Origin: Auanema rhodensis | Taxonomy: Eukaryota; Animalia; Nematoda | DNA length: 64,000 nt | Assembly: GCA_964057225.1 (NCBI GenBank) | Contig: OZ059897.1 | Span: 18,848,001-18,912,000, forward strand | Direction: 5' to 3' | Shown: positions 11,635 to 25,623 of the stretch, piece by piece | Numbering within the stretch: the stretch's first letter is position 1 | Layout of the letters: every line of letters starts with the position of its first letter | Translations under genes and position numbers: made by a program | The notes under the pieces: generated by a model | Seen by the model: only the letters and a program-made list of their open reading frames with translations | Databases searched by the model: none | What the model was told of the DNA's origin: nothing

Positions 11635-14600
11635 TCTTCAGGGTGAAAATCGAGGATATAAGTGTGAACTTATATCAGTTGATATCTCGGTGCATTTTTA
11701 AGCTAGCGCAAATCTGATAACACAGATCGACGCAGCTTAAAAATCCGGATCGAATGCACTATACTACATTAAGAAACACTTGATACAAAAATTAGTTATG
11801 ATCGTTCGAAAAATGATGCATTAGTGTATGTTGAGTTTCCATGTACACTCAACATTGCTTCCAAAAACATTTTGACAAAAATTTTTTCGAAAAATTTCAA
11901 AATAATTTAGCAAAAAGTAGATGTTTTTAGATTCCATTTTTCAAGGCAAAAACGATGGACAATGTTATTCAACGAAAAAATTAATTCTTCAGGGTGAAAA
12001 TCGAGGATATAAGTGTGAACTTATATCAGTTGATATCTCGGTGCATTTTTAAGCTAGCGCAAATCTGATAACACAGATCGACGCAGCTTAAAAATCCGCA
12101 TCGAATGCACTATACTACATTGAGAAACGCTTAATACAAAAATTAGTTATGATCGTTTGAAAAATGATGCATTAGTGTATGTTGAGTTTCCATGTACACT
12201 CAACATTGCTTCCAAAAACATTTTGACAAAAATTTTTTCGAAAAATTTCAAAATAATTTAGCAAAAAGTAGATGTTTTAAGATTCCATTTTTCAAGGCAA
12301 AGACGATGGACAATGTTATTCAACGAAAAAATTAATTCTTCAGGGTGAAAATCGAGGATATAAGTGTGAACTTATATCAGTTGATATCTCGGTGCATTTT
12401 AAAGCTAGCGCAAATCTGATAACACAGATCGACGCAGCTTAAAAATCCGCATCGAATGCACTATACTACATTGAGAAACGCTTAATACAAAAATTAGTTA
12501 TGATCGTTTGAAAAATGATGCATTAGTGTATGTTGAGTTTCCATGTACACTCAACATTGCTTCCAAAAACATTTTGACAAAAATTTTTTCGAAAAATTTC
12601 AAAATAATTTAGCAAAAAGTAGATGTTTTTAGATTCCTTTTTTCAAGGCAAAGACGATGGACAATGTTATTCAACGAAAAAATTATTTCTTCAGGGTGAA
12701 AATCGAGGATATAAGTATGAACTTATATCAGTTGATATCTCGGTGCATTTTTAAGCTAGCGCAAATCTGATAACACAGATCGACGCAGCTTAAAAATCCG
12801 CATCGAATGCACTATACTACATTGAAAAACGCTTGATACAAAAATTAGTTATGATCGTTTGAAAAATGATGCATTAGTGTATGTTGAGTTTCCATGTACA
12901 CTCAACATTGCTTCCAAAAACATTTCGACAAAAATTTTTTCGAAAAATTTCAAAATAATTTAGCAAAAAGTAGATGTTTTTAGATTCCATTTCTCAAGGC
13001 AAAGACGATAGACAATGTTATTCAACGAAAAAATTAATTCTTCAGGGTGAAAATCGAGGATATAAGTGTGAACTTATATCAGTTGATATCTCGGTGCATT
13101 TTTAAGCTAGCGCAAATCTGATAACACAGATCGACGCAGCTTAAAAATCCGGATCGAATGCACTATACTACATTAAGAAACACTTGATACAAAAATTAGT
13201 TATGATCGTTCGAAAAATGATGCATTAGTGTATGTTGAGTTTCCATGTACACTCAACATTGCTTCCAAAAACATTTTGACAAAAATTTTTTCGAAAAATT
13301 TCAAAATAATTTAGCAAAAAGTAGATGTTTTTAGATTCCATTTTTCAAGGCAAAGACGATGGACAATGTTATTCAACGAAAAAATTAATTCTTCAGGGTG
13401 AAAATCGAGGATATAAGTGTGAACTTATATCAGTTGATATCTCGGTGCATTTTTAAGCTAGCGCAAATCTGATAACACAGATCGACGCAGCTTAAAAATC
13501 CGCATCGAATGCACTATACTACATTGAGAAACGCTTAATACAAAAATTAGTTATGATCGTTTGAAAAATGATGCATTAGTGTATGTTGAGTTTCCATGTA
13601 CACTCAACATTGCTTCCAAAAACATTTTGACAAAAATTTTTTCGAAAAATTTCAAAATAATTTAGCAAAAAGTAGATGTTTTAAGATTCCATTTTTCAAG
13701 GCAAAGACGATGGACAATGTTATTCAACGAAAAAATTAATTCTTCAGGGTGAAAATCGAGGATATAAGTGTGAACTTATATCAGTTGATATCTCGGTGCA
13801 TTTTAAAGCTAGCGCAAATCTGATAACACAGATCGACGCAGCTTAAAAATCCGCATCGAATGCACTATACTACATTGAGAAACGCTTAATACAAAAATTA
13901 GTTATGATCGTTTGAAAAATGATGCATTAGTGTATGTTGAGTTTCCATGTACACTCAACATTGCTTCCAAAAACATTTTGACAAAAATTTTTTCGAAAAA
14001 TTTCAAAATAATTTAGCAAAAAGTAGATGTTTTTAGATTCCTTTTTTCAAGGCAAAGACGATGGACAATGTTATTCAACGAAAAAATTATTTCTTCAGGG
14101 TGAAAATCGAGGATATAAGTATGAACTTATATCAGTTGATATCTCGGTGCATTTTTAAGCTAGCGCAAATCTGATAACACAGATCGACGCAGCTTAAAAA
14201 TCCGCATCGAATGCACTATACTACATTGAAAAACGCTTGATACAAAAATTAGTTATGATCGTTTGAAAAATGATGCATTAGTGTATGTTGAGTTTCCATG
14301 TACACTCAACATTGCTTCCAAAAACATTTCGACAAAAATTTTTTCGAAAAATTTCAAAATAATTTAGCAAAAAGTAGATGTTTTTAGATTCCATTTCTCA
14401 AGGCAAAGACGATAGACAATGTTATTCAACGAAAAAATTAATTCTTCAGGGTGAAAATCGAGGATATAAGTGTGAACTTATATCAGTTGATATCTCGGTG
14501 CATTTTAAAGCTAGCGCAAATCTGATAACACAGATCGACGCAGCTTAAAAATCCGGATCGAATGCACTATACTACATTAAGAAACACTTGATACAAAAAT

Positions 14601-14742
14601 TAGTTATGATCGTTCGAAAAATGATGCATTAGTGTATGTTGAGTTTCCATGTACACTCAACATTGCTTCCAAAAACATTTTGACAAAAATTTTTTCGAAA
14701 AATTTCAAAATAATTTAGCAAAAAGTAGATGTTTTTAGATTC
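11635..14742. repeat. Local 4-monomer (1404-bp) higher-order duplication
   Basis: Copies 35-38 match copies 39-42. G81A is at 12717 and 14121; T6C is at 12993 and 14397. Confidence 0.8.
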
Positions 14743-15795
14743 CATTTTTCAAGGCAAAGACGATGGACAATGTTATTCAACGAAAAAATTAATTCTTCAG
14801 GGTGAAAATCGAGGATATAAGTGTGAACTTATATCAGTTGATATCTCGGTGCATTTTTAAGCTAGCGCAAATCTGATAACACAGATCGACGCAGCTTAAA
14901 AATCCGCATCGAATGCACTATACTACATTGAGAAACGCTTAATACAAAAATTAGTTATGATCGTTTGAAAAATGATGCATTAGTGTATGTTGAGTTTCCA
15001 TGTACACTCAACATTGCTTCCAAAAACATTTTGACAAAAATTTTTTCGAAAAATTTCAAAATAATTTAGCGAAAAGTAGATGTTTTTAGATTCCATTTTT
15101 CAAGGCAAAGACGATGGACAATGTTATTCAACGAAAAAATTAATTCTTCAGGGTGAAAATCGAGGATATAAGTGTGAACTTATATCAGTTGATATCTCGG
15201 TGCATTTTTAAGCTAGCGCAAATCTGATAACACAGATCGACGCAGCTTAAAAATCCGCATCGAATGCACTATACTACATTGAGAAACGCTTAATACAAAA
15301 ATTAGTTATGATCGTTTGAAAAATGATGCATTAGTGTATGTTGAGTTTCCATGTACACTCAACATTGCTTCCAAAAACATTTTGACAAAAATTTTTTCGA
15401 AAAATTTCAAAATAATTTAGCAAAAAATAGATGTTTTTAGATTCCATTTTTCAAGGCAAAGACGATGGACAATGTTATTCAACGAAGAAATTAATTCTTC
15501 AGGGTGAAAATCGAGGATATAAGTGTGAACTTATATCAGTTGATATCTCGGTGCATTTTTAAGCTAGCGCAAATCTGATAACACAGATCGACGCAGCTTA
15601 AAAATCCGCATCGAATGCAGTATACTACATTGAGAAACGCTTAATACAAAAATTAGTTATGATCGTTTGAAAAATGATGCATTAGTGTATGTTGAGTTTC
15701 CATGTACACTCAACATTGCTTCCAAAAACATTTTGACAAAAATTTTTTCGAAAAATTTCAAAATAATTTAGCAAAAAGTAGATGTTTTTAGATTC

Positions 15796-18700
15796 CTTTT
15801 TTCAAGGCAAAAACGATGGACAATGTTATTCAACGAAAAAATTATTTCTTCAGGGTGAAAATCGAGGATATAAGTGTGAACTTATATCAGTTGATATCTC
15901 GGTGCATTTTTAAGCTAGCGCAAATCTGATAACACAGATCGACGCAGCTTAAAAATCCGGATCGAATGCACTATACTACATTAAGAAACACTTGATACAA
16001 AAATTAGTTATGATCGTTTGAAAAATGATGCATTAGTGTATGTTGAGTTTCCATGTACACTCAACATTGCTTCCAAAAACATTTTGACAAAAATTTTTTC
16101 GAAAAATTTCAAAATAATTTAGCAAAAAGTAGATGTTTTTAGATTCCATTTTTCAAGGCAAAGACGATGGACAATGTTATTCAACGAAAAAATTAATTCT
16201 TCAGGGTGAAAATCGAGGATATAAGTGTGAACTTATATCAGTTGATATCTCGGTGCATTTTTAAGCTAGCGCAAATCTGATAACACAGATCGACGCAGCT
16301 TAAAAATCCGCATCGAATGCACTATACTACATTGAGAAACGCTTAATACAAAAATTAGTTATGATCGTTTGAAAAATGATGCATTAGTGTATGTTGAGTT
16401 TCCATGTACACTCAACATTGCTTCCAAAAACATTTTGACAAAAATTTTTTCGAAAAATTTCAAAATAATTTAGCGAAAAGTAGATGTTTTTAGATTCCAT
16501 TTTTCAAGGCAAAGACGATGGACAATGTTCTTCAACGAAAAAATTAATTTTTCAGGGTGAAAATCGAGGATATAAGTGTGAACTTATATCAGTTGATATC
16601 TCGGTGCATTTTTAAGCTAGCGCAAATCTGATAACACAGATCGACGCAGCTTAAAAATCCGCATCGAATGCACTATACTACATTGAGAAACGCTTAATAC
16701 AAAAATTAGTTATGATCGTTTGAAAAATGATGCATTAGTGTATGTTGAGTTTCCATGTACACTCAACATTGCTTCCAAAAACATTTTGACAAAAATTTTT
16801 TCGAAAAATTTCAAAATAATTTAGCAAAAAATAGATGTTTTTAGATTCCATTTTTCAAGGCAAAAACGATGGACAATGTTATTCAACGAAAAAATTAATT
16901 CTTCAGGGTGAAAATCGAGGATATAAGTGTGAACTTATATCAGTTGATATCTCGGTGCATTTTTAAGCTAGCGCAAATCTGATAACACAGATCGACGCAG
17001 CTTAAAAATCCGCATCGAATGCACTATACTACATTGAGAAACGCTTAATACAAAAATTAGTTATGATCGTTTGAAAAATGATGCATTAGTGTATGTTGAG
17101 TTTCCATGTACACTCAACATTGCTTCCAAAAACATTTTGACAAAAATTTTTTCGAAAAATTTCAAAATAATTTAGCAAAAAGTAGATGTTTTTAGATTCC
17201 TTTTTTCAAGGCAAAAACGATGGACAATGTTATTCAACGAAAAAATTATTTCTTCAGGGTGAAAATCGAGGATATAAGTGTGAACTTATATCAGTTGATA
17301 TCTCGGTGCATTTTTAAGCTAGCGCAAATCTGATAACACAGATCGACGCAGCTTAAAAATCCGGATCGAATGCACTATACTACATTAAGAAACACTTGAT
17401 ACAAAAATTAGTTATGATCGTTTGAAAAATGATGCATTAGTGTATGTTGAGTTTCCATGTACACTCAACATTGCTTCCAAAAACATTTTGACAAAAATTT
17501 TTTCGAAAAATTTCAAAATAATTTAGCAAAAAGTAGATGTTTTTAGATTCCATTTTTCAAGGCAAAGACGATGGACAATGTTATTCAACGAAAAAATTAA
17601 TTCTTCAGGGTGAAAATCGAGGATATAAGTGTGAACTTATATCAGTTGATATCTCGGTGCATTTTTAAGCTAGCGCAAATCTGATAACACAGATCGACGC
17701 AGCTTAAAAATCCGCATCGAATGCACTATACTACATTGAGAAACGCTTAATACAAAAATTAGTTATGATCGTTTGAAAAATGATGCATTAGTGTATGTTG
17801 AGTTTCCATGTACACTCAACATTGCTTCCAAAAACATTTTGACAAAAATTTTTTCGAAAAATTTCAAAATAATTTAGCGAAAAGTAGATGTTTTTAGATT
17901 CCATTTTTCAAGGCAAAGACGATGGACAATGTTCTTCAACGAAAAAATTAATTTTTCAGGGTGAAAATCGAGGATATAAGTGTGAACTTATATCAGTTGA
18001 TATCTCGGTGCATTTTTAAGCTAGCGCAAATCTGATAACACAGATCGACGCAGCTTAAAAATCCGCATCGAATGCACTATACTACATTGAGAAACGCTTA
18101 ATACAAAAATTAGTTATGATCGTTTGAAAAATGATGCATTAGTGTATGTTGAGTTTCCATGTACACTCAACATTGCTTCCAAAAACATTTTGACAAAAAT
18201 TTTTTCGAAAAATTTCAAAATAATTTAGCAAAAAATAGATGTTTTTAGATTCCATTTTTCAAGGCAAAGACGATGGACAATGTTATTCAACGAAAAAATT
18301 AATTCTTCAGGGTGAAAATCGAGGATATAAGTGTGAACTTATATCAGTTGATATCTCGGTGCATTTTTAAGCTAGCGCAAATCTGATAACACAGATCGAC
18401 GCAGCTTAAAAATCCGCATCGAATGCACTATACTACATTGAGAAACGCTTAATACAAAAATTAGTTATCATCGTTTGAAAAATGATGCATTAGTGTATGT
18501 TGAGTTTCCATGTACACTCAACATTGCTTCCAAAAACATTTTGACAAAAATTTTTTCGAAAAATTTCAAAATAATTTAGCGAAAAGTAGATGTTTTTAGA
18601 TTCCATTTTTCAAGGCAAAGACGATGGACAATGTTCTTCAACTAAAAAATTAATTTTTCAGGGTGAAAATCGAGGATATAAGTGTGAACTTATATCAGTT

Positions 18701-20358
18701 GATATCTCGGTGCATTTTTAAGCTAGCGCAAATCTGATAACACAGATCGACGCAGCTTGAAAATCCGCATCGAATGCACTATACTACATTGAGAAACGCT
18801 TAATACAAAAATTAGTTATGATCGTTTGAAAAATGATGCATTAGTGTATGTTGAGTTTCCATGTACACTCAACATTGCTTCCAAAAACATTTTGACAAAA
18901 ATTTTTTCGAAAAATTTCAAAATAATTTAGCAAAAAATAGATGTTTTTAGATTCCATTTTTCAAGGCAAAAACGATGGACAATGTTATTCAACGAAAAAA
19001 CTAATTCTTCAGGGTGAAAATCGAGGATATAAGTGTGAACTTATATCAGTTGATATCTCGGTGCATTTTTAAGCTAGCGCAAATCTGATAACACAGATCG
19101 ACGCAGCTTAAAAATCCGCATCGAATGCACTATACTACATTGAGAGACGCTTAATACAAAAATTAGTTATGATCGTTTGAAAAATGATGCATTAGTGTAT
19201 GTTGAGTTTCCATGTACACTCAACATTGCTTCCAAAAACATTTTGACAAAAATTTTTTCGAAAAATTTCAAAATAATTTAGCAAAAAGTAGATGTTTTTA
19301 GATTCCTTTTTTCAAGGCAAAAACGATGGACAATGTTATTCAACGAAAAAATTATTTCTTCAGGGTGAAAATCGAGGATATAAGTGTGAACTTATATCAG
19401 TTGATATCTCGGTGCATTTTTAAGCTAGCGCAAATCTGATAACACAGATCGACGCAGCTTAAAAATCCGGATCGAATGCACTATACTACATTAAGAAACA
19501 CTTGATACAAAAATTAGTTATGATCGTTTGAAAAATGATGCATTAGTGTATGTTGAGTTTCCATGTACACTCAACATTGCTTCCAAAAACATTTTGACAA
19601 AAATTTTTTCGAAAAATTTCAAAATAATTTAGCAAAAAGTAGATGTTTTTAGATTCCATTTTTCAAGGCAAAGACGATGGACAATGTTATTCAACGAAAA
19701 AATTAATTCTTCAGGGTGAAAATCGAGGATATAAGTGTGAACTTATATCAGTTGATATCTCGGTGCATTTTTAAGCTAGCGCAAATCTGATAACACAGAT
19801 CGACGCAGCTTAAAAATCCGCATCGAATGCACTATACTACATTGAGAAACGCTTAATACAAAAATTAGTTATGATCGTTTGAAAAATGATGCATTAGTGT
19901 ATGTTGAGTTTCCATGTACACTCAACATTGCTTCCAAAAACATTTTGACAAAAATTTTTTCGAAAAATTTCAAAATAATTTAGCGAAAAGTAGATGTTTT
20001 TAGATTCCATTTTTCAAGGCAAAGACGATGGACAATGTTCTTCAACGAAAAAATTAATTTTTCAGGGTGAAAATCGAGGATATAAGTGTGAACTTATATC
20101 AGTTGATATCTCGGTGCATTTTTAAGCTAGCGCAAATCTGATAACACAGATCGACGCAGCTTAAAAATCCGCATCGAATGCACTATACTACATTGAGAAA
20201 CGCTTAATACAAAAATTAGTTATGATCGTTTGAAAAATGATGCATTAGTGTATGTTGAGTTTCCATGTACACTCAACATTGCTTCCAAAAACATTTTGAC
20301 AAAAATTTTTTCGAAAAATTTCAAAATAATTTAGCAAAAAATAGATGTTTTTAGATTC
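15796..20358. repeat. 4-monomer higher-order repeat with an internal 2-monomer insertion
   Basis: The A33C+C53T monomer occurs at 16530, 17934, 18636 and 20040 (spacings 1404, 702, 1404). Confidence 0.78.
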
Positions 20359-21060
20359 CATTTTTCAAGGCAAAAACGATGGACAATGTTATTCAACGAA
20401 AAAATTAATTCTTCAGGGTGAAAATCGAGGATATAAGTGTGAACTTATATCAGTTGATATCTCGGTGCATTTTTAAGCTAGCGCAAATCTGATAACACAG
20501 ATCGACGCAGCTTAAAAATCCGCATCGAATGCACTATACTACATTAAGAAACGCTTGATACAAGAATTAGTTATGATCGTTTGAAAAATGATGCATTAGT
20601 GTATGTTGAGTTTCCATGTACACTCAACATTGCTTCCAAAAACATTTTGACAAAAATTTTTTCGAAAAATTTCAAAATAATTTAGCAAAAAGTAGATGTT
20701 TTTAGATTCCATTTTTCAAGGCAAAGACGATGGACAATGTTATTCAACGAAGAAATTAATTCTTCAGGGTGAAAATCGAGGATATAAGTGTGAACTTATA
20801 TCAGTTGATATCTCGGTGCATTTTTAAGCTAGCGCAAATCTGATAACACAGATCGACGCAGCTTAAAAATCCGCATCGAATGCACTATACTACATTGAGA
20901 AACGCTTAATACAAAAATTAGTTATGATCGTTTGAAAAATGATGCATTAGTGTATGTTGAGTTTCCATGTACACTCAACATTGCTTCCAAAAACATTTTG
21001 ACAAAAATTTTTTCGAAAAATTTCAAAATAATTTAGCAAAAAGTAGATGTTTTTAGATTC

Positions 21061-24000
21061 CTTTTTTCAAGGCAAAAACGATGGACAATGTTATTCAACG
21101 AAAAAATTATTTCTTCAGGGTGAAAATCGAGGATATAAGTGTGAACTTATATCAGTTGATATCTCGGTGCATTTTTAAGCTAGCGCAAATCTGATAACAC
21201 AGATCGACGCAGCTTAAAAATCCGGATCGAATGCACTATACTACATTAAGAAACACTTGATACAAAAATTAGTTATGATCGTTTGAAAAATGATGCATTA
21301 GTGTATGTTGAGTTTCCATGTACACTCAACATTGCTTCCAAAAACATTTTGACAAAAATTTTTTCGAAAAATTTCAAAATAATTTAGCAAAAAGTAGATG
21401 TTTTTAGATTCCATTTTTCAAGGCAAAGACGATGGACAATGTTATTCAACGAAAAAATTAATTCTTCAGGGTGAAAATCGAGGATATAAGTGTGAACTTA
21501 TATCAGTTGATATCTCGGTGCATTTTTAAGCTAGCGCAAATCTGATAACACAGATCGACGCAGCTTAAAAATCCGCATCGAATGCACTATACTACATTGA
21601 GAAACGCTTAATACAAAAATTAGTTATGATCGTTTGAAAAATGATGCATTAGTGTATGTTGAGTTTCCATGTACACTCAACATTGCTTCCAAAAACATTT
21701 TGACAAAAATTTTTTCGAAAAATTTCAAAATAATTTAGCAAAAAATAGATGTTTTTAGATTCCATTTTTCAAGGCAAAGACGATGGACAATGTTATTCAA
21801 CGAAAAAATTAATTCTTCAGGGTGAAAATCGAGGATATAAGTGTGAACTTATATCAGTTGATATCTCGGTGCATTTTTAAGCTAGCGCAAATCTGATAAC
21901 ACAGATCGACGCAGCTTAAAAATCCGCATCGAATGCACTATACTACATTAAGAAACGCTTGATACAAGAATTAGTTATGATCGTTTGAAAAATGATGCAT
22001 TAGTGTATGTTGAGTTTCCATGTACACTCAACATTGCTTCCAAAAACATTTTGACAAAAATTTTTTCGAAAAATTTCAAAATAATTTAGCAAAAAGTAGA
22101 TGTTTTTAGATTCCTTTTTTCAAGGCAAAAACGATGGACAATGTTATTCAACGAAAAAATTATTTCTTCAGGGTGAAAATCGAGGATATAAGTGTGAACT
22201 TATATCAGTTGATATCTCGGTGCATTTTTAAGCTAGCGCAAATCTGATAACACAGATCGACGCAGCTTAAAAATCCGGATCGAATGCACTATACTACATT
22301 AAGAAACACTTGATACAAAAATTAGTTATGATCGTTTGAAAAATGATGCATTAGTGTATGTTGAGTTTCCATGTACACTCAACATTGCTTCCAAAAACAT
22401 TTTGACAAAAATTTTTTCGAAAAATTTCAAAATAATTTAGCAAAAAGTAGATGTTTTTAGATTCCATTTTTCAAGGCAAAGACGATGGACAATGTTATTC
22501 AACGAAAAAATTAATTCTTCAGGGTGAAAATCGAGGATATAAGTGTGAACTTATATCAGTTGATATCTCGGTGCATTTTTAAGCTAGCGCAAATCTGATA
22601 ACACAGATCGACGCAGCTTAAAAATCCGCATCGAATGCACTATACTACATTGAGAAACGCTTAATACAAAAATTAGTTATGATCGTTTGAAAAATGATGC
22701 ATTAGTGTATGTTGAGTTTCCATGTACACTCAACATTGCTTCCAAAAACATTTTGACAAAAATTTTTTCGAAAAATTTCAAAATAATTTAGCAAAAAATA
22801 GATGTTTTTAGATTCCATTTTTCAAGGCAAAGACGATGGACAATGTTATTCAACGAAAAAATTAATTCTTCAGGGTGAAAATCGAGGATATAAGTGTGAA
22901 CTTATATCAGTTGATATCTCGGTGCATTTTTAAGCTAGCGCAAATCTGATAACACAGATCGACGCAGCTTAAAAATCCGCATCGAATGCACTATACTACA
23001 TTAAGAAACGCTTGATACAAGAATTAGTTATGATCGTTTGAAAAATGATGCATTAGTGTATGTTGAGTTTCCATGTACACTCAACATTGCTTCCAAAAAC
23101 ATTTTGACAAAAATTTTTTCGAAAAATTTCAAAATAATTTAGCAAAAAGTAGATGTTTTTAGATTCCATTTTTCAAGGCAAAGACGATGGACAATGTTAT
23201 TCAACGAAGAAATTAATTCTTCAGGGTGAAAATCGAGGATATAAGTGTGAACTTATATCAGTTGATATCTCGGTGCATTTTTAAGCTAGCGCAAATCTGA
23301 TAACACAGATCGACGCAGCTTAAAAATCCGGATCGAATGCACTATACTACATTAAGAAACACTTGATACAAAAATTAGTTATGATCGTTCGAAAAATGAT
23401 GCATTAGTGTATGTTGAGTTTCCATGTACACTCAACATTGCTTCCAAAAACATTTTGACAAAAATTTTTTCGAAAAATTTCAAAATAATTTAGCAAAAAG
23501 TAGATGTTTTTAGATTCCATTTTTCAAGGCAAAGACGATGGACAATGTTATTCAACGAAAAAATTAATTCTTCAGGGTGAAAATCGAGGATATAAGTGTG
23601 AACTTATATCAGTTGATATCTCGGTGCATTTTTAAGCTAGCGCAAATCTGATAACACAGATCGACGCAGCTTAAAAATCCGCATCGAATGCACTATACTA
23701 CATTGAGAAACGCTTAATACAAAAATTAGTTATGATCGTTTGAAAAATGATGCATTAGTGTATGTTGAGTTTCCATGTACACTCAACATTGCTTCCAAAA
23801 ACATTTTGACAAAAATTTTTTCGAAAAATTTCAAAATAATTTAGCAAAAAATAGATGTTTTTAGATTCCATTTTTCAAGGCAAAGACGATGGACAATGTT
23901 ATTCAACGAAAAAATTAATTCTTCAGGGTGAAAATCGAGGATATAAGTGTGAACTTATATCAGTTGATATCTCGGTGCATTTTTAAGCTAGCGCAAATCT

Positions 24001-25623
24001 GATAACACAGATCGACGCAGCTTAAAAATCCGCATCGAATGCACTATACTACATTAAGAAACGCTTGATACAAGAATTAGTTATGATCGTTTGAAAAATG
24101 ATGCATTAGTGTATGTTGAGTTTCCATGTACACTCAACATTGCTTCCAAAAACATTTTGACAAAAATTTTTTCGAAAAATTTCAAAATAATTTAGCAAAA
24201 AGTAGATGTTTTTAGATTCCTTTTTTCAAGGCAAAAACGATGGACAATGTTATTCAACGAAAAAATTATTTCTTCAGGGTGAAAATCGAGGATATAAGTG
24301 TGAACTTATATCAGTTGATATCTCGGTGCATTTTTAAGCTAGCGCAAATCTGATAACACAGATCGACGCAGCTTAAAAATCCGGATCGAATGCACTATAC
24401 TACATTAAGAAACACTTGATACAAAAATTAGTTATGATCGTTTGAAAAATGATGCATTAGTGTATGTTGAGTTTCCATGTACACTCAACATTGCTTCCAA
24501 AAACATTTTGACAAAAATTTTTTCGAAAAATTTCAAAATAATTTAGCAAAAAGTAGATGTTTTTAGATTCCATTTTTCAAGGCAAAGACGATGGACAATG
24601 TTATTCAACGAAAAAATTAATTCTTCAGGGTGAAAATCGAGGATATAAGTGTGAACTTATATCAGTTGATATCTCGGTGCATTTTTAAGCTAGCGCAAAT
24701 CTGATAACACAGATCGACGCAGCTTAAAAATCCGCATCGAATGCACTATACTACATTGAGAAACGCTTAATACAAAAATTAGTTATGATCGTTTGAAAAA
24801 TGATGCATTAGTGTATGTTGAGTTTCCATGTACACTCAACATTGCTTCCAAAAACATTTTGACAAAAATTTTTTCGAAAAATTTCAAAATAATTTAGCAA
24901 AAAATAGATGTTTTTAGATTCCATTTTTCAAGGCAAAGACGATGGACAATGTTATTCAACGAAAAAATTAATTCTTCAGGGTGAAAATCGAGGATATAAG
25001 TGTGAACTTATATCAGTTGATATCTCGGTGCATTTTTAAGCTAGCGCAAATCTGATAACACAGATCGACGCAGCTTAAAAATCCGCATCGAATGCACTAT
25101 ACTACATTAAGAAACGCTTGATACAAGAATTAGTTATGATCGTTTGAAAAATGATGCATTAGTGTATGTTGAGTTTCCATGTACACTCAACATTGCTTCC
25201 AAAAACATTTTGACAAAAATTTTTTCGAAAAATTTCAAAATAATTTAGCAAAAAGTAGATGTTTTTAGATTCCATTTTTCAAGGCAAAGACGATGGACAA
25301 TGTTATTCAACGAAGAAATTAATTCTTCAGGGTGAAAATCGAGGATATAAGTGTGAACTTATATCAGTTGATATCTCGGTGCATTTTTAAGCTAGCGCAA
25401 ATCTGATAACACAGATCGACGCAGCTTAAAAATCCGGATCGAATGCACTATACTACATTAAGAAACACTTGATACAAAAATTAGTTATGATCGTTCGAAA
25501 AATGATGCATTAGTGTATGTTGAGTTTCCATGTACACTCAACATTGCTTCCAAAAACATTTTGACAAAAATTTTTTCGAAAAATTTCAAAATAATTTAGC
25601 AAAAAGTAGATGTTTTTAGATTC
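21061..25623. repeat. 3-monomer (1053-bp) higher-order repeat, about 4 units
   Basis: A206G is at 21968, 23021, 24074 and 25127. C165G and G334A monomers follow the same 3-copy rhythm. Confidence 0.85.
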
